From an uncultured virus (IMG/VR IMGVR_UViG_2786546710_000002) (lineage: Duplodnaviria; Heunggongvirae; Uroviricota; Caudoviricetes), in the IMG/VR virus record IMGVR_UViG_2786546710_000002: DNA of 64,000 nt. One strand, given 5' to 3'. Shown here piece after piece: positions 1 through 11,600 of the stretch. Position numbers and translations under genes: made by a program. The notes beneath the pieces are model-generated. The model worked only from the letters and a program-made list of their open reading frames with translations. It searched no databases and was not told the DNA's origin. The number at the start of each line of letters is the position of its first letter. The stretch's first letter is position 1.

Positions 1-3000
1 TATTAAGAATTTTTTCTTGGTTTGCTAATTCTTTAATTCTATCGCTATCTCTTACAAAAGTATTAGCAGGATCATTATCTAATGGATCAATAACTCCTTT
101 TCTTATATCTTCTGCTCTTTGCATAGTAGAGCCGTGTAAGGAACGTGCATCCATATCAGTAACTATCTCATCTATTTCATTACGTACTTGAACTATTTTC
201 TCTGCAATCTCATCGCCTTCTAAAAGTGCACGTGGGTTATCTGTTGCATTTCTAACCATTGCTTTTAATGATAGTAAATGTGCTGTTTCAGAATATACAT
301 TTGCACTTGGTGCATCTTTTGTTAAGTAAATACCACTACCGAACAATCCGTCTTCTGAAGCATTTAGTTTTACATCAGGATTTTCGTGTTTATTAAATGC
401 CATACCATTTGGTGTGCCGTGATAATAAACATAATCTATTAGATTATCTGCTTCTCTAGCATTTAAAAATGTTCGAACAGCAATATCTTTACCTTCATCA
501 TAATTATTAATAGCTTCACGTGCATATCTTGGTGCTAAGTTCTCATCTACAGCATATGAATTAGTAGCATCTAAACCACTTTTTAATGGTGAATTCTTTT
601 GTTTTCTGTTTTGAAATACATCTCCACCAAATGTAAGGTATCTGTATTGTTGTCTAATAGACTTACTTCCTATCAATCCGTTTAATAGATACATTGCATA
701 TTCGATAACTTCATCAAGCATACCGTGAAGTCTACCTTTAAGAGTTATGTTTCCATAAACATCTTGTTTAGCTATTCTGTTTCCAAGATATTGAACCCAA
801 CCATCAACAAACCATTCTTCAGCTATTCTAGCTTCTATAGTTTGCTCATCTAATCCGTGTTCTTTTTTATAAAGTTTTCTATAAATATCATTCTGCTTTA
901 CAGCATTTGGCTCTTGTTTTTGTAGTGCTTCTCTGAACGCAAGTAACATATCTCCTTTTTTGTTATTATCAAAACTACCATTTATTAGTAAGTGACCAAC
1001 TTCGTGTATTGCTGTGTAGTCTGCATTAGGTGCACCTCCACGTATTCCTATAAATGAAGCACCCGCATCACCTGATTTTAAAGCTATGCCTAATTTTCGA
1101 GCAGTTTTTCTAATATAGTTTAGTTCTGGTCCATCATTAACGTGTCTAAATGCACCTGATGCTGTGGGATCAGTCTTCATATGAGGCATTAATCTTGATA
1201 TATCGTCTATGCTTAAAAAATTAGCATCGTCTAATGATTTTCTTCTTGTTTTGCCTAGTAAATTTACAAGTCTATAGACAAGTGTTCTAGCTGTATCTTC
1301 TACTACTGGATCACGATGTGTAACTTTTCGTAACAATTCTTTAACGTAGACGGGAGCTTTAGCGGGTATTCCATTTTCTCCACTAACACCTCTAGTCTGT
1401 GCTGTTTCTACATCTATAAGTTTATTTACTTCAGAAGACTTAATACTTAGTTTCGGGTCTGCTCCATATATTTCTCTTAAATATACAGCGGCATTTAACA
1501 TACCTTCATCATTACCTAAGTTCTTAGCTTCGTAAATAGACCTAATTAAGTCGTCTACGGTTTCTGCGGGTTTACCTCTAAAGGTTGGTTGTGATATATC
1601 TAAAGCAACATCTCCTTTGAAATCTCTAATTTCAGGAACGGTATTCATTTTTTGTTTAAAAATACGTGCCATATCTTTTAGGCGAGAACTTGGTGTTCCT
1701 TTAATAGATTTCATTTCTACCAAAAGTTCATTTAAACTCATTTCATTTGGAGATTTGACCACTTTATCTAAAGCATCTCCCGCCTCTGTTTCTGCTTTTA
1801 AAATATTTGGTAGATCATCTTCTATATCTTGAGCTATCTTAACAAATTGTTGTGCACCTATTGTTTGTTCTCTGTGAAATTTTTTACCTACACGTTGTTT
1901 GTGCATTCTAGCTTTTAGGTTTTTGCCACCAACTTGTAAGTTAGCTTTATTATTACTAGTAAGTTGTATTGAAACATTTCTACCTTTTTCAAACTCAGGA
2001 AGTTTTTTACTAAGTTTTACTCTTAGTCTTTTATCAAGTTCATTAAGAACATTTAAACTATCCATTACTGTTACAACTAATTTTTCTCTCAGGTCTGCAT
2101 CATCTGGTGCAAGTCTGTATAGGTTTCCTGCTTCGTCAGTGTTTTCACTAATACCAGTACGTTGTAAAGTTATGTCTCCAACTTCATCGTTTAATATTTT
2201 ATTAGCNTGATCTTCTAACTCATCAGCAGACATTTTTTCTAACGCTTTATTCCATTTGTTTTCAAATGTTTTTCTAGTTCCTGCCATACGTTCTAAATCT
2301 GCCGCATCTAAAGGTACAAATTTTCCTGCTTGATCAGGAAATTCTTTTTGTAATGCTCTAATGTTTGACATAGAAGATTTTACTTTAAGAAGCACAGCAA
2401 AGTTCTGTCTACCAGTTGGTGTGGTTGGTAAACCTCTATGATCTTGTTGGTTTTCTGGTGTGTCTAAAAGTCTAAGTCTTGCTTTACGATCTTTTGATCC
2501 ACGTAATTTATAAAACTTCTGGTTTTGCTCTCCATTAAAAGCTAACACAGCAGACATAAAACTTGGATGCTCAAAGTTTGTATCTCCAGTAACATTTCTA
2601 CCACCTAAAGCGGCTCTCATTTGGTCTACATCACCGCTGTCCAAAGCTCTTATAAGTCCTATTCTTGTTTGATCAAACTCCATAAGCTTTTGTAAGATAA
2701 ACCTATCACCTCTTGGTAAAGCATCCATCTTTTTATAAAGCTCATTATATCTATTGACTGGATGTTCATCTGGAAACACTCTTTGAAATATTGGAATTAA
2801 ATCAGGCTCTATAGTTGCATCAGTAACAGCACGTCTTACATCTGAACTTCCTATACCTAATTTTTCAGAAACTACTCTTTGTATATGTTTGGCTATTTTT
2901 TTCCATAAAGCTAATACTTCTTGAGCTAAACCCGCTTTGTTGTTTGCTAAAGCATATTGAGTAAATTGTTGTGCAAAAAATTCTTGTGGACTTCTTAATT

Positions 3001-5816
3001 CATTTTCAAATTGTCCCGGTAATCTTTTCTTTAATTCTTCAAAGTCAACTCCTCGATCTCCTATATATTTACCCATAGTTCTCCAAAAAGATTTTTTGTC
3101 TTGTGGTGTTAAAACATTTGCATAAGACCAATGTCCTATTTCGTGAATAGTTTTTACAAACTCAGGGGAACCTTGACCGGCTATATCTTGAGTTATATCA
3201 ATACCAATTCTATTTGCATATTGATCTGCATAAGCACCTTGTCTTTTATATATGTTTACAGCTATATCATCTCTACCAGTTTGAGCCATAGAGAACTGAG
3301 GNAGTCTACTATCTGATCCTGCAATGTTATGTAAAACATTTAGAACTGCATTTATCTCACCTTGAGAAACATTTTTCTTTCTCATTATTCCTTGTAGTTG
3401 TGCCATAGATGCAATTCTTCTGGCATTAGGAAACTTAATTCCGTGAGGTGCTTTTTGTTCTAATACATCATAAAGAAGCTCCATCTCTTTCATAAACTTT
3501 TGATACTCAGNTATGTTTGAAAAAGCTTTTGCTGTCCAAGGTGTATTTTCTTTTAGTTCTATTTCATCTACAAGTTTTGCAAGTGAAGTTATTCTTGAAT
3601 AATCTGGATTACCATTAAAGTCGTCTGGTGATAACCTGACTTTTTGTGCATCTTTAATAGTCATAGGCATAAATTTACTTTCAACAATCTCTTTATCTAA
3701 ATTGTTTCCTGCATCTACATCCGTACTTTTTTGTGTATACGCCGCTACATTGTCATCGTCTACGGCTCTAAATGTTCTCTTTGCTTTAGCTCCTTTAAGT
3801 TTACTATCAACGTGACCAATAATAAATAACTCGTCTATTTGTGTTCCTAATATATCTGATATTTTTTTAGCTGATTGAGCATTACTTGGTATTCTTACAG
3901 AACTATCAATGTTGTCAGAAAATTTACCACTTACTAATTGTATTGCAAGTTTACGTCCAGTTGGAACTTGTATGTCAGATACAACTTGATTTACGTTTGG
4001 ATTTTTATGTTCAACAATATCTGTTGCAGTATCATCTACTGGTGCATCATCAGCTTCAAGTTTAGCATTTTGATATGTAGTAGTATTTGAAGCATCTGTT
4101 TCAATATATTCTAAACCATCATCAGGATCAGTATGTTTTGATTTTTTTAATAAGCCATCGTTGTAAGCATTTTCAATACGTGTGCCTAATAATTTAGGTA
4201 ATGTTTCTTGAGCTATTTTTGCAGAAGCAAAGTCAACGTCTGCTACATCATATATATGTGCAGAAGTTCTACCATCTTTGAATTGCTTCATTACACCAAC
4301 CTTTTCTCCAAGGAAGGTTATATCTGTTACACTTTGTGGATTGTCTGCATAATCTCCTGCATTAACTTTTCTTGTTTTATATTGAAGATGGTTATTTAAA
4401 TCTATTTCAATACCTTTGTAATTATATACTTTGATAGGAAACTTACCCACTGGTTTAGTGTTAGGAGCATTATTTCCTTTGTCCATTGTTCTCTTAAATT
4501 GTTTTTGAGCATAAGCTAGTCTTTGTTCGTATTCTATTTCAGATATAATTCCATCTTTAAACTCTTCACGAGCACTATCCATATCTCTTTTTAATTTATT
4601 TTTATAAGCTTCTTTTCTAGAAAGCTTACTAGCTAAAGCATTACTTGCTTCGATATCATCTTTGTCTACTGGCTTACCACTATATCCTTCAGCAGTTTCA
4701 TTTATATCACCACCTTTTTGGCTAATACCTTTTGCATCTGCAAGTTTAGATACTGTTAATGTATTTACATTCTCTTTTGATCCATCATCAGGAAGTTGTT
4801 TTCTAACTTTTGCAATCTCAGCTTTTAAAAGGTTTCTTTGTTGTTTTAAATTTTCAATCTGTGTTTTTTGATATCCTTCTGGAACTGATCCGTCTTTTGG
4901 ATTTTCTAAATCTTGAATACGTCTAGACATTTCTTTTCGTTGATTGACTAAGTCTTCGTATCTTCTTCGTGGAGTTGTTTTATCTCTTACAATATCATCT
5001 GATGCTAATTGTTTNGCAGTCGAGTGAGTTTGAGTTCTTCTATATAAACGAATGTCTGCTAGTAAATCACCAAAAGTTTCACCAACATATTCGTTGTTTA
5101 CATTTTTTTCTAACTTACCAGTGTCTCTATTAAAGAATACAGTTTTATCTGAGGGAATATCATCACGACTAAAATAAACTCTGTGAGTTGCCGCATCATA
5201 AAAACCTTCTTGACCTTTAATAAATGCTTTTGTATTTGCACGAGTTTCAGTTTCAATTCCCGCTTCAACTCTTTGTTTAAAATATTTCTGACCATTAATT
5301 TCTACCAGTCCTAAAGTTCCGGGTATCATATTTTCTTTTTGATCAAACCCTTGCGGTATTTTTTTTCTACCATCAGCAAGACCAATCTTTTTTAATTCTT
5401 CTGCTTTGGCTAATCTAAACATCCAAAACTTACGGGGAGTTCTAGTTTGACTTAAAGGGTCTTTTCTACCAGTTGCTATATCTGGAAGTACCTCACCTCC
5501 AGAACTATTATTAGGATATTTAGAACGCACCTCANTTGGATCGCCAAATTGTATTTGGTTTACACCAGTACGCTCATCAAAGCTTGTTCTTGTCGTAGAC
5601 ATACCAGTCAAGTTATTTAATTTTGTTCTTAACTCTTGTGATAGTTTTTCATCAACAACAATATCTTCACCTTTAACACCAGTTTCCTTTGCTTCTTTTC
5701 TCATTTGCTTTCTAACAATTGAGCCAATCTCATCTAGTGTCCCTACAACTTCAGCGTTTTCTCCTCTTATTTCAACTGCTTCATTTTTCTTTTTGGTTAC
5801 AGCACCATTCTCATCT
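1..5816. repeat. Direct repeat copy A (circular overlap of the genome; allele A)
   Basis: Colinear with 57866-63681 at a constant offset of 57,865 (e.g. ORF 4208..4399 vs 62073..62264; 5110..5295 vs 62975..63160), with scattered substitutions. Confidence 0.97.
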
Positions 5817-8800
5817 AACATTCTGTATTTGTTAGGATCAGGAATAGCACTACTATCAGATGCTCTATCTAATCTAGCTTCATCTAATTGTATTCGTGCC
5901 GCCGCTTCGTGACTAAACACTTGACCATTTCTTTTTATTTTTTCAAATAACTGACCAAGAACTCCACCACGAGAGGGTCTTAAAAAACTTTGTATTCTTC
6001 CTGCCGGGTTTTTACCCATAGATGGAGCTAGGTCTACGTTCATTTCTAACTCATCTGTATTACTGTTTCTTGATACGTTAACGTCTAACTCACCTCTTTG
6101 TAATCTTTTGGTTACATCAAATAAATGAGCACGTATCATATCGTCCCCAATAGGTTGGGTTCTTTGTGCTTGAATGTACTTGTCTAAAATTTTCTCAACT
6201 ATTTTTCTTGTGTTGTCACTTAGCTTAGATAGATCAACTGCATAACTACCTTTTAAAAAATAATCTAACCCTTTTTGTTTAGTTCTAAATTTACCTTTTT
6301 TTGTTCCTCTGCCGTCTACCGTTGTTTTTACAGACGCAGGATCAATAAACTCTTTAGCTAAATTAACATCTCTACCAGTACCATCACCTAGTTGTCTTTC
6401 TATAATAGAAACAACATCATCAAATCCTGCTTGTTTAAGATTACCTAAAAAAGCAGATATAGATAAATTGTTGACACTTGTATCTTCCATCAAACCTCTA
6501 AACAAGAACATAGCTTCTTCTTCAGCTAAATTGTCATAGGCTTGTAATGCTAGTGTTTGATTTTCTTTTGATAGACCAGAAGTAGTAATCATTGGTCTTA
6601 CAATTTTAGGATCAAAAAATTCTAAGGGTACAGATAAGAAATCGTATTCAGGATTAGATAAATTATCTGTAGCTGTTCTTTGTAATGCGGCTTCACCTTT
6701 AATTCTATTTATACGTTCTCTTACAAAATCTTTTCTTGCGGCAAATCTTTCTGGTCCTTTTTTACCCTTTACTGCTAGGCGTAATTGTTTCTTTAATGCA
6801 GGAACATCAAGTGTATCTTTCGTAGATAAAAATTTATCAATGTACGCTATAACAGCTTGATCATTGTTATAATCAATTATGTTATGGTTTGCTTCACCCT
6901 TATTAAAATAATCTTCTATTAAATTTATTTCATCTTCTACTGTAATTGGATCACTTGGCTTTGATTGAACATTTTCAGGACTTGTAGAACGCTCTCCATC
7001 ATTTGTTGTAATATCTGTTTCTTGTTTTGTTTTTTCTTGAGGAGCTTTATTAGCTACATTTACAAAATTTTCTTCTGTATTATTTGCTTTTATATTTGCA
7101 TTATCTTCAGCAGATTTTATTTGTTGTTCTAAANTTTTAATTGCTTTATCACCAGTTGCTATATCTGCATCAAATGTTTCAAGAGTTGTTTTATCTCCAT
7201 CAGACATTTCNTTNCCTTNNAAAGAATTAATAAATTTAGTTCTTTGTCTTTTTAGTTTAGCTATTTCTTTTTTCTTANCNGNAAGACTAGCAACCATATT
7301 TACTTCTGGCATTGNTCCANNTTCAGGANTTGGAGCATCTAAATCTATTTTANTTGTTGATGGTTTTGTGTCTACAGAACCTTGCATTCCTGCTGATTTT
7401 NTGAATTCTATNCCATCTATTTTTTTAGCTTTAACAGTTTCTTNAGCGGCAAGTTNTAAAGCAAGTAAACCTTGATCTTCTTCTTTATCTAAAAATCTTT
7501 TTGCAAATCGTTTGGTAGCCGCAACTATTATTTCTGCTTGGGTCTCTAGNTTTCCTGCCTCTANTAGTTCTGGCATNTCAGCTATTTGACCACCTTCTTT
7601 AGGAGTTTTTGCTTTTTCTGCGGCTATTGCTTTAAGTTGNTCTGCTCTTTTTTTAAGTCCTGCCGCTACTGGTATACCATCACGNGCATCTCTAAGCATA
7701 CGNTTCATTTNGTGAAGTGATGCTANATCATCTAACTCTTCTTTGNTTAATGNAGGAAAGTTTTCTGTATTAAAAATATCAANAAAANTTNTNGGGTTTT
7801 CTGAGTTTGGATCAATTTTNCCAAGTAGTTTAGTTAATACNCCTGANATTTCTGGACCACTTTTGTCNAATATACTATCTATTTCTAAATCAATTCTTTG
7901 NCCGTGGNTATTTAAAGTTTGTTCAAAAACATTTTGAGCCGGTTCTTCTTGTATATTTTTTGCCGCTGTATCAATAGCATTATGATGCTCAACTACTACA
8001 TCTTTTTCACCTTTAAAATATTCTGAATTNCTTTGTCTCCAATCAGCTTTAAAACTTTTAGCACCAGTTACCGGATCAGTAATAACNGCATCCTTTAAAT
8101 CNTTCATTCCAAACTTAGCAGTTAATGCTCCAGAACCCGCACCNAATGCNCCACCCGCTACACCGCCAACAACNCCACCAAATNNNGCNGNTAATGCAGT
8201 TCNACCGGCATCGTATTCNTCNTGCATACCAATNGNTTGATTTCTTTTTTGTTCTAGGTGAGTAAACGTACCTTCGGNNNCGGCTCCTACTGTNCCNTCA
8301 ACAGCACCACCCATAACTCCNCCTCGTGTTGCCGCACCAACGAGAATATTTTTATTTGCTTTAACAGCTTGTACTGCACCTTTGGTTGCCGCATTAACAC
8401 CGATACCAANACCAAGTAAATTGATTGGGTCTAATACTGCATTTCTAACATTCTTTAATAGACCCATACCTCCAGTACCACCNTCTTGATAGAAGTTAGG
8501 TANTGCTTGNAANGTNTGTTCAAGTCTAGCTAGTCTTTTCTTTTGNTTGTCAGNNGCTCCTTTTGCATAAAAATATTCNGCACCCATATGATGNGTNGTC
8601 ATATTTTTCCACATCCTATCATTCATAAAGTATTCAACAGCTTCTCCCGGTGTACTAAAACCNTTGCCATCTCGTTCTCTATAATAATCGTAAATGTCTT
8701 GTANAAATCTTCCNTCTTGTAAAACCTTTAAAGCTTGGGTTTTATNCATACCCTTCTTTANATAAGATGTAGCATNAGNGTTATCTTCGTATATTGATGG

Positions 8801-8923
8801 ATTNAAATAACCTCTNCTCTCAAGTTGTCTTTTTGCACTTGGAGTACCGNTTTTNTCTATTTCTTGATATTCTGCNAAATTGTCAGTTATAGGTTGGTTT
8901 NTGTTTTTAATNTCTTCAGTCAT
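1..8923 (-). CDS. Giant virion-ejected polyvalent protein, N-terminal ~2,970 aa (continues through the circular overlap to 54606; ~4,060 aa in total)
   Basis: ATG at 8923 after GAAGGA RBS; in frame with 54606..63806 through the repeat; 8923+3260=12,183 nt = 4,061 codons; missed by the ORF track because it runs off the edge; Gly/Ala-rich hydrophobic segment near 8100-8450; HEIGH (3131-3145), HEVGH (992-1006), YYHGT (~415-430). Confidence 0.88.
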   Translation of the reverse strand, partial: MTEXIKNXNQPITDNXAEYQEIXKXGTPSAKRQLEXRGYXNPSIYEDNXXATSYXKKGMXKTQALKVLQXGRFXQDIYDYYRERDGXGFSTPGEAVEYFMNDRMWKNMXXHHMGXEYFYAKGXXDXQKKRLARLEXXXQAXPNFYQXGGTGGMGLLKNVRNAVLDPINLLGXGIGVNAATKGAVQAVKANKNILVGAATRXGVMGGAVXXTVGAXXEGTFTHLEQKRNQXIGMXXEYDAGXTALXXXFGXVVGGVAGXAXGAGSGALTAKFGMXDLKDXVITDPVTGAKSFKADWRQXNSEYFKGEKDVVVEHHNAIDTAAKNIQEEPAQNVFEQTLNXHXQRIDLEIDSIXDKSGPEXSXVLTKLLXKIDPNSENXXXFXDIFNTENFPXLXKEELDDXASLHXMXRMLRDXRDGIPVAAGLKKRAXQLKAIAAEKAKTPKEGGQIAXMPELXEAGXLETQAEIIVAATKRFAKRFLDKEEDQGLLALXLAAXETVKAKKIDXIEFXKSAGMQGSVDTKPSTXKIDLDAPXPEXGXMPEVNMVASLXXKKKEIAKLKRQRTKFINSXXXXEMSDGDKTTLETFDADIATGDKAIKXLEQQIKSAEDNANIKANNTEENFVNVANKAPQEKTKQETDITTNDGERSTSPENVQSKPSDPITVEDEINLIEDYFNKGEANHNIIDYNNDQAVIAYIDKFLSTKDTLDVPALKKQLRLAVKGKKGPERFAARKDFVRERINRIKGEAALQRTATDNLSNPEYDFLSVPLEFFDPKIVRPMITTSGLSKENQTLALQAYDNLAEEEAMFLFRGLMEDTSVNNLSISAFLGNLKQAGFDDVVSIIERQLGDGTGRDVNLAKEFIDPASVKTTVDGRGTKKGKFRTKQKGLDYFLKGSYAVDLSKLSDNTRKIVEKILDKYIQAQRTQPIGDDMIRAHLFDVTKRLQRGELDVNVSRNSNTDELEMNVDLAPSMGKNPAGRIQSFLRPSRGGVLGQLFEKIKRNGQVFSHEAAARIQLDEARLDRASDSSAIPDPNKYRMLDENGAVTKKKNEAVEIRGENAEVVGTLDEIGSIVRKQMRKEAKETGVKGEDIVVDEKLSQELRTKLNNLTGMSTTRTSFDERTGVNQIQFGDPXEVRSKYPNNSSGGEVLPDIATGRKDPLSQTRTPRKFWMFRLAKAEELKKIGLADGRKKIPQGFDQKENMIPGTLGLVEINGQKYFKQRVEAGIETETRANTKAFIKGQEGFYDAATHRVYFSRDDIPSDKTVFFNRDTGKLEKNVNNEYVGETFGDLLADIRLYRRTQTHSTXKQLASDDIVRDKTTPRRRYEDLVNQRKEMSRRIQDLENPKDGSVPEGYQKTQIENLKQQRNLLKAEIAKVRKQLPDDGSKENVNTLTVSKLADAKGISQKGGDINETAEGYSGKPVDKDDIEASNALASKLSRKEAYKNKLKRDMDSAREEFKDGIISEIEYEQRLAYAQKQFKRTMDKGNNAPNTKPVGKFPIKVYNYKGIEIDLNNHLQYKTRKVNAGDYADNPQSVTDITFLGEKVGVMKQFKDGRTSAHIYDVADVDFASAKIAQETLPKLLGTRIENAYNDGLLKKSKHTDPDDGLEYIETDASNTTTYQNAKLEADDAPVDDTATDIVEHKNPNVNQVVSDIQVPTGRKLAIQLVSGKFSDNIDSSVRIPSNAQSAKKISDILGTQIDELFIIGHVDSKLKGAKAKRTFRAVDDDNVAAYTQKSTDVDAGNNLDKEIVESKFMPMTIKDAQKVRLSPDDFNGNPDYSRITSLAKLVDEIELKENTPWTAKAFSNIXEYQKFMKEMELLYDVLEQKAPHGIKFPNARRIASMAQLQGIMRKKNVSQGEINAVLNVLHNIAGSDSRXPQFSMAQTGRDDIAVNIYKRQGAYADQYANRIGIDITQDIAGQGSPEFVKTIHEIGHWSYANVLTPQDKKSFWRTMGKYIGDRGVDFEELKKRLPGQFENELRSPQEFFAQQFTQYALANNKAGLAQEVLALWKKIAKHIQRVVSEKLGIGSSDVRRAVTDATIEPDLIPIFQRVFPDEHPVNRYNELYKKMDALPRGDRFILQKLMEFDQTRIGLIRALDSGDVDQMRAALGGRNVTGDTNFEHPSFMSAVLAFNGEQNQKFYKLRGSKDRKARLRLLDTPENQQDHRGLPTTPTGRQNFAVLLKVKSSMSNIRALQKEFPDQAGKFVPLDAADLERMAGTRKTFENKWNKALEKMSADELEDXANKILNDEVGDITLQRTGISENTDEAGNLYRLAPDDADLREKLVVTVMDSLNVLNELDKRLRVKLSKKLPEFEKGRNVSIQLTSNNKANLQVGGKNLKARMHKQRVGKKFHREQTIGAQQFVKIAQDIEDDLPNILKAETEAGDALDKVVKSPNEMSLNELLVEMKSIKGTPSSRLKDMARIFKQKMNTVPEIRDFKGDVALDISQPTFRGKPAETVDDLIRSIYEAKNLGNDEGMLNAAVYLREIYGADPKLSIKSSEVNKLIDVETAQTRGVSGENGIPAKAPVYVKELLRKVTHRDPVVEDTARTLVYRLVNLLGKTRRKSLDDANFLSIDDISRLMPHMKTDPTASGAFRHVNDGPELNYIRKTARKLGIALKSGDAGASFIGIRGGAPNADYTAIHEVGHLLINGSFDNNKKGDMLLAFREALQKQEPNAVKQNDIYRKLYKKEHGLDEQTIEARIAEEWFVDGWVQYLGNRIAKQDVYGNITLKGRLHGMLDEVIEYAMYLLNGLIGSKSIRQQYRYLTFGGDVFQNRKQKNSPLKSGLDATNSYAVDENLAPRYAREAINNYDEGKDIAVRTFLNAREADNLIDYVYYHGTPNGMAFNKHENPDVKLNASEDGLFGSGIYLTKDAPSANVYSETAHLLSLKAMVRNATDNPRALLEGDEIAEKIVQVRNEIDEIVTDMDARSLHGSTMQRAEDIRKGVIDPLDNDPANTFVRDSDRIKELANQEKILN

Positions 8924-8952
8924 AATTCGGTCCTTCAGTTTCCGATTATTTA

Positions 8953-8983
8953 TTTATATATTGTTTAAATTTATTTATCGTCC
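8953..8983 (-). promoter_or_regulatory. Putative late promoter GGACGA-N19-TATAAA for the giant protein gene
   Basis: Intergenic; the same motif and spacing recur before other late genes. Confidence 0.65.
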
Positions 8984-11600
8984 TCACTTACTTGGTTTCA
9001 ATGCGTTTTTATTTGCTACATACATTGNGATGTAACTAGATAAAAATTNGTTAAAGTTCATATTCTGAAATGCTTNATTGTTATTACCAAATCTNTNATT
9101 NANTGTCATTNNACCACTCATANTTNGTTNAAGGTTGNNTAATATNGGTGCATTNACATANTNAGGGTTTTNNTACATATATAAAGGTNNACCTTTAAGT
9201 GGNNNNNNACGTNTATTTANNTCTCCTGCTCTNTCAAAAGGATAGAACATCATTGACATCATCATATTCATTGCACTATTCATTTTAGANNTATNAGATA
9301 NATCTGTTCCTTCTGTTATTCCATATTTNNTAGTAGCTNNNTCTACTATATNAAACATAGTTTTTGCTATNTNNNTATNNGCAGGAGCTANACCATCTGN
9401 ANNTTGTACAAAAAACATNTTATGATCTGGNANAGGTGTTGTAGACCCTGCNTTATTTTTNAATANNTANTNNGGNTTAANTATAAGTGTGCTGTTTTGT
9501 TGATCAATAAAACCTTGTNNAGTAAANGTATCAGACGTTAGTNNAAATAANTGATTNNTATTTGGTNTNCCNTTGTTNGTTCCNNNAANTGGNAGAACTA
9601 TATTANTTAATANTAAATNNTCTCTTNNTAAANNTNNTGNGTGTAGTTTGTTTTCTATAGTAGAAGAACCCTNATCGTCATTTATTGCAAGACCCGGAAN
9701 AGCATACTGCACACTAATATCACCAGTAGGTTNNATTANANNAGCTTGNTCATATGCAGTTTTTATTTCTTNATCTATAAATGCTAATAACGNACTTNTA
9801 ATATTAGAAAATCCTACTTCTTNGTTTCCATCTATTGTAGCAGTAGGAGTTCCTAATCCACCNNNTNNTAAATCCNNNAACAAATATTGATTGTTNCCAG
9901 ACATATCTGCTTCTANNTCNTCTCTAAGTTTATATAGTTCNTGTACATACGCTNNTAATNTTTNTTCGAACTTAGCACCTTGTTCACCTATTTTCCAAAC
10001 NTTNCCANNTTTAAAATCTCTAGGTAATNNTTGAAGACGTTNGTGAAAATCANNTTTACCTTTTNNTATTANANTAANAGTNNNTTGTGCNAAATCACTT
10101 AAACTTGTGTTTGGTTCTACTCCTCCCATATTTAAATTATTATGTAATACATTGAAATNATTTTTAGCTTGTGAAATAGTTTTAAATCCTGAAGCCGCCG
10201 CCGCTTCATCTACTATNNCNTTTATTTTAGTTANGTCTATATCTTCCATATCNTNTGNNCGTTCATTTATTTTTNGNATAAANGTAACCATATTACCAAA
10301 ATCATTANNACCAACGTAATACTTACCAGTAAAGTATTNACNTACTGCTATCATAAATGGACTTTTTTCAAAATCTGNTAAATCTTTATTAACTGCCGAA
10401 GCCGCTAGATTTAATGTTGNGGTTGCTNNTTNAGCAACAGAANNTCGATCAAANAATTCTTCTGATGTTTTATTTGTTTTTTCTTTTGCTTCTNTGAATT
10501 GTGCATCATATGCTTTTCTTGCAANCATCATNCTTACAGCAGTTAATGTGTTGCCATCAAAATATCCTAAGAGANNTGCATTAAGTTTACCCGTTTTTGG
10601 NTCAACAANGTNNTCTAATTCNNNACCTAAAGCNNTNCCNGNNGCATNNTTAANTGCNNCTTCTAAAATATNATCAGGNACTTGCCCCATACTACCATCA
10701 CTNGTTAAGAAAGGTNNTAATGTAGNAAANTTATAAAANNNGTCATTAAANGCGANTNGTTGCACTTGNTTTAATTCTACGTCTACTGGTTTCCATTACC
10801 ATTCTTATATCATTTGCTACCATTGTTACTTCTTCTTCAGTTGGTTCTTTCCCTTGGTTTGCTCGTCTAATCTCTGAAGTAGCAATCTCCTTCAAATANN
10901 TTTCATCAGTTAATAAACGATATTTATCGTTATCAGACAAATTGGTTATAAGAGCGTTTGTACTAATTGTAGCTAATGCTTTTGNTCTTTGTGCTTCTAA
11001 AGTTTTGTTATAAAGTTTTTTAAGTGNTTTTGTTTTCCACTTTTCTTCATACATTCCATCAATATCANTAATGTTGTCTACGCTATTTTTGAAGTAGTCA
11101 CTNTTTATTTCTTGTGCGACCCAAGCANTTCTTTTGTCATCTCTATATTTTNNAAAATCATTTTCNCCAAAGTTCATTGCTTGAAAAGTTCTAATTTGTG
11201 TTTCTTNATCTTTACCCATATANGGCATTACATTATTTCTAAATTCATCANAAGTACTATTTGTAGTTATTTGATCAACCATAGCATTTTTTATTTGTGT
11301 CATATTTNNTAGGTTGCCTTTAGCNTTTTCTATTTCTTGATTGTATATTGNTGTNTTGTGTGCTTTAGACATTTCTTTAAGAACAGCTTCATTACCTAAA
11401 TACATATTTTGTAAATAATCTGCACCAACAATTTCTCTTTTTAAATTTTCTAAATCCGAAGGAGAAACTTTTTCTCCACGATCTAATTTAACTTTAAGAA
11501 ATTTATCAAAAGCTTCTTTATTCTTTAGTCGTGTGTTTTTTATTTTTTCACCGGCATCACGAAATGCTTGTGAATATCCTATTCCAAAACTAAAAGCCAT
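8984..11600 (-). CDS. Putative internal virion/ejection protein (~871 aa; ORFs 10746..11600 and 8984..10765 joined)
   Basis: Deleting the single N at 10769 fuses the two ORFs (RRRIKQVQ..AFND); position just upstream of the giant ejection gene, like T7 gp15 before gp16; very N-rich. Confidence 0.7.
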
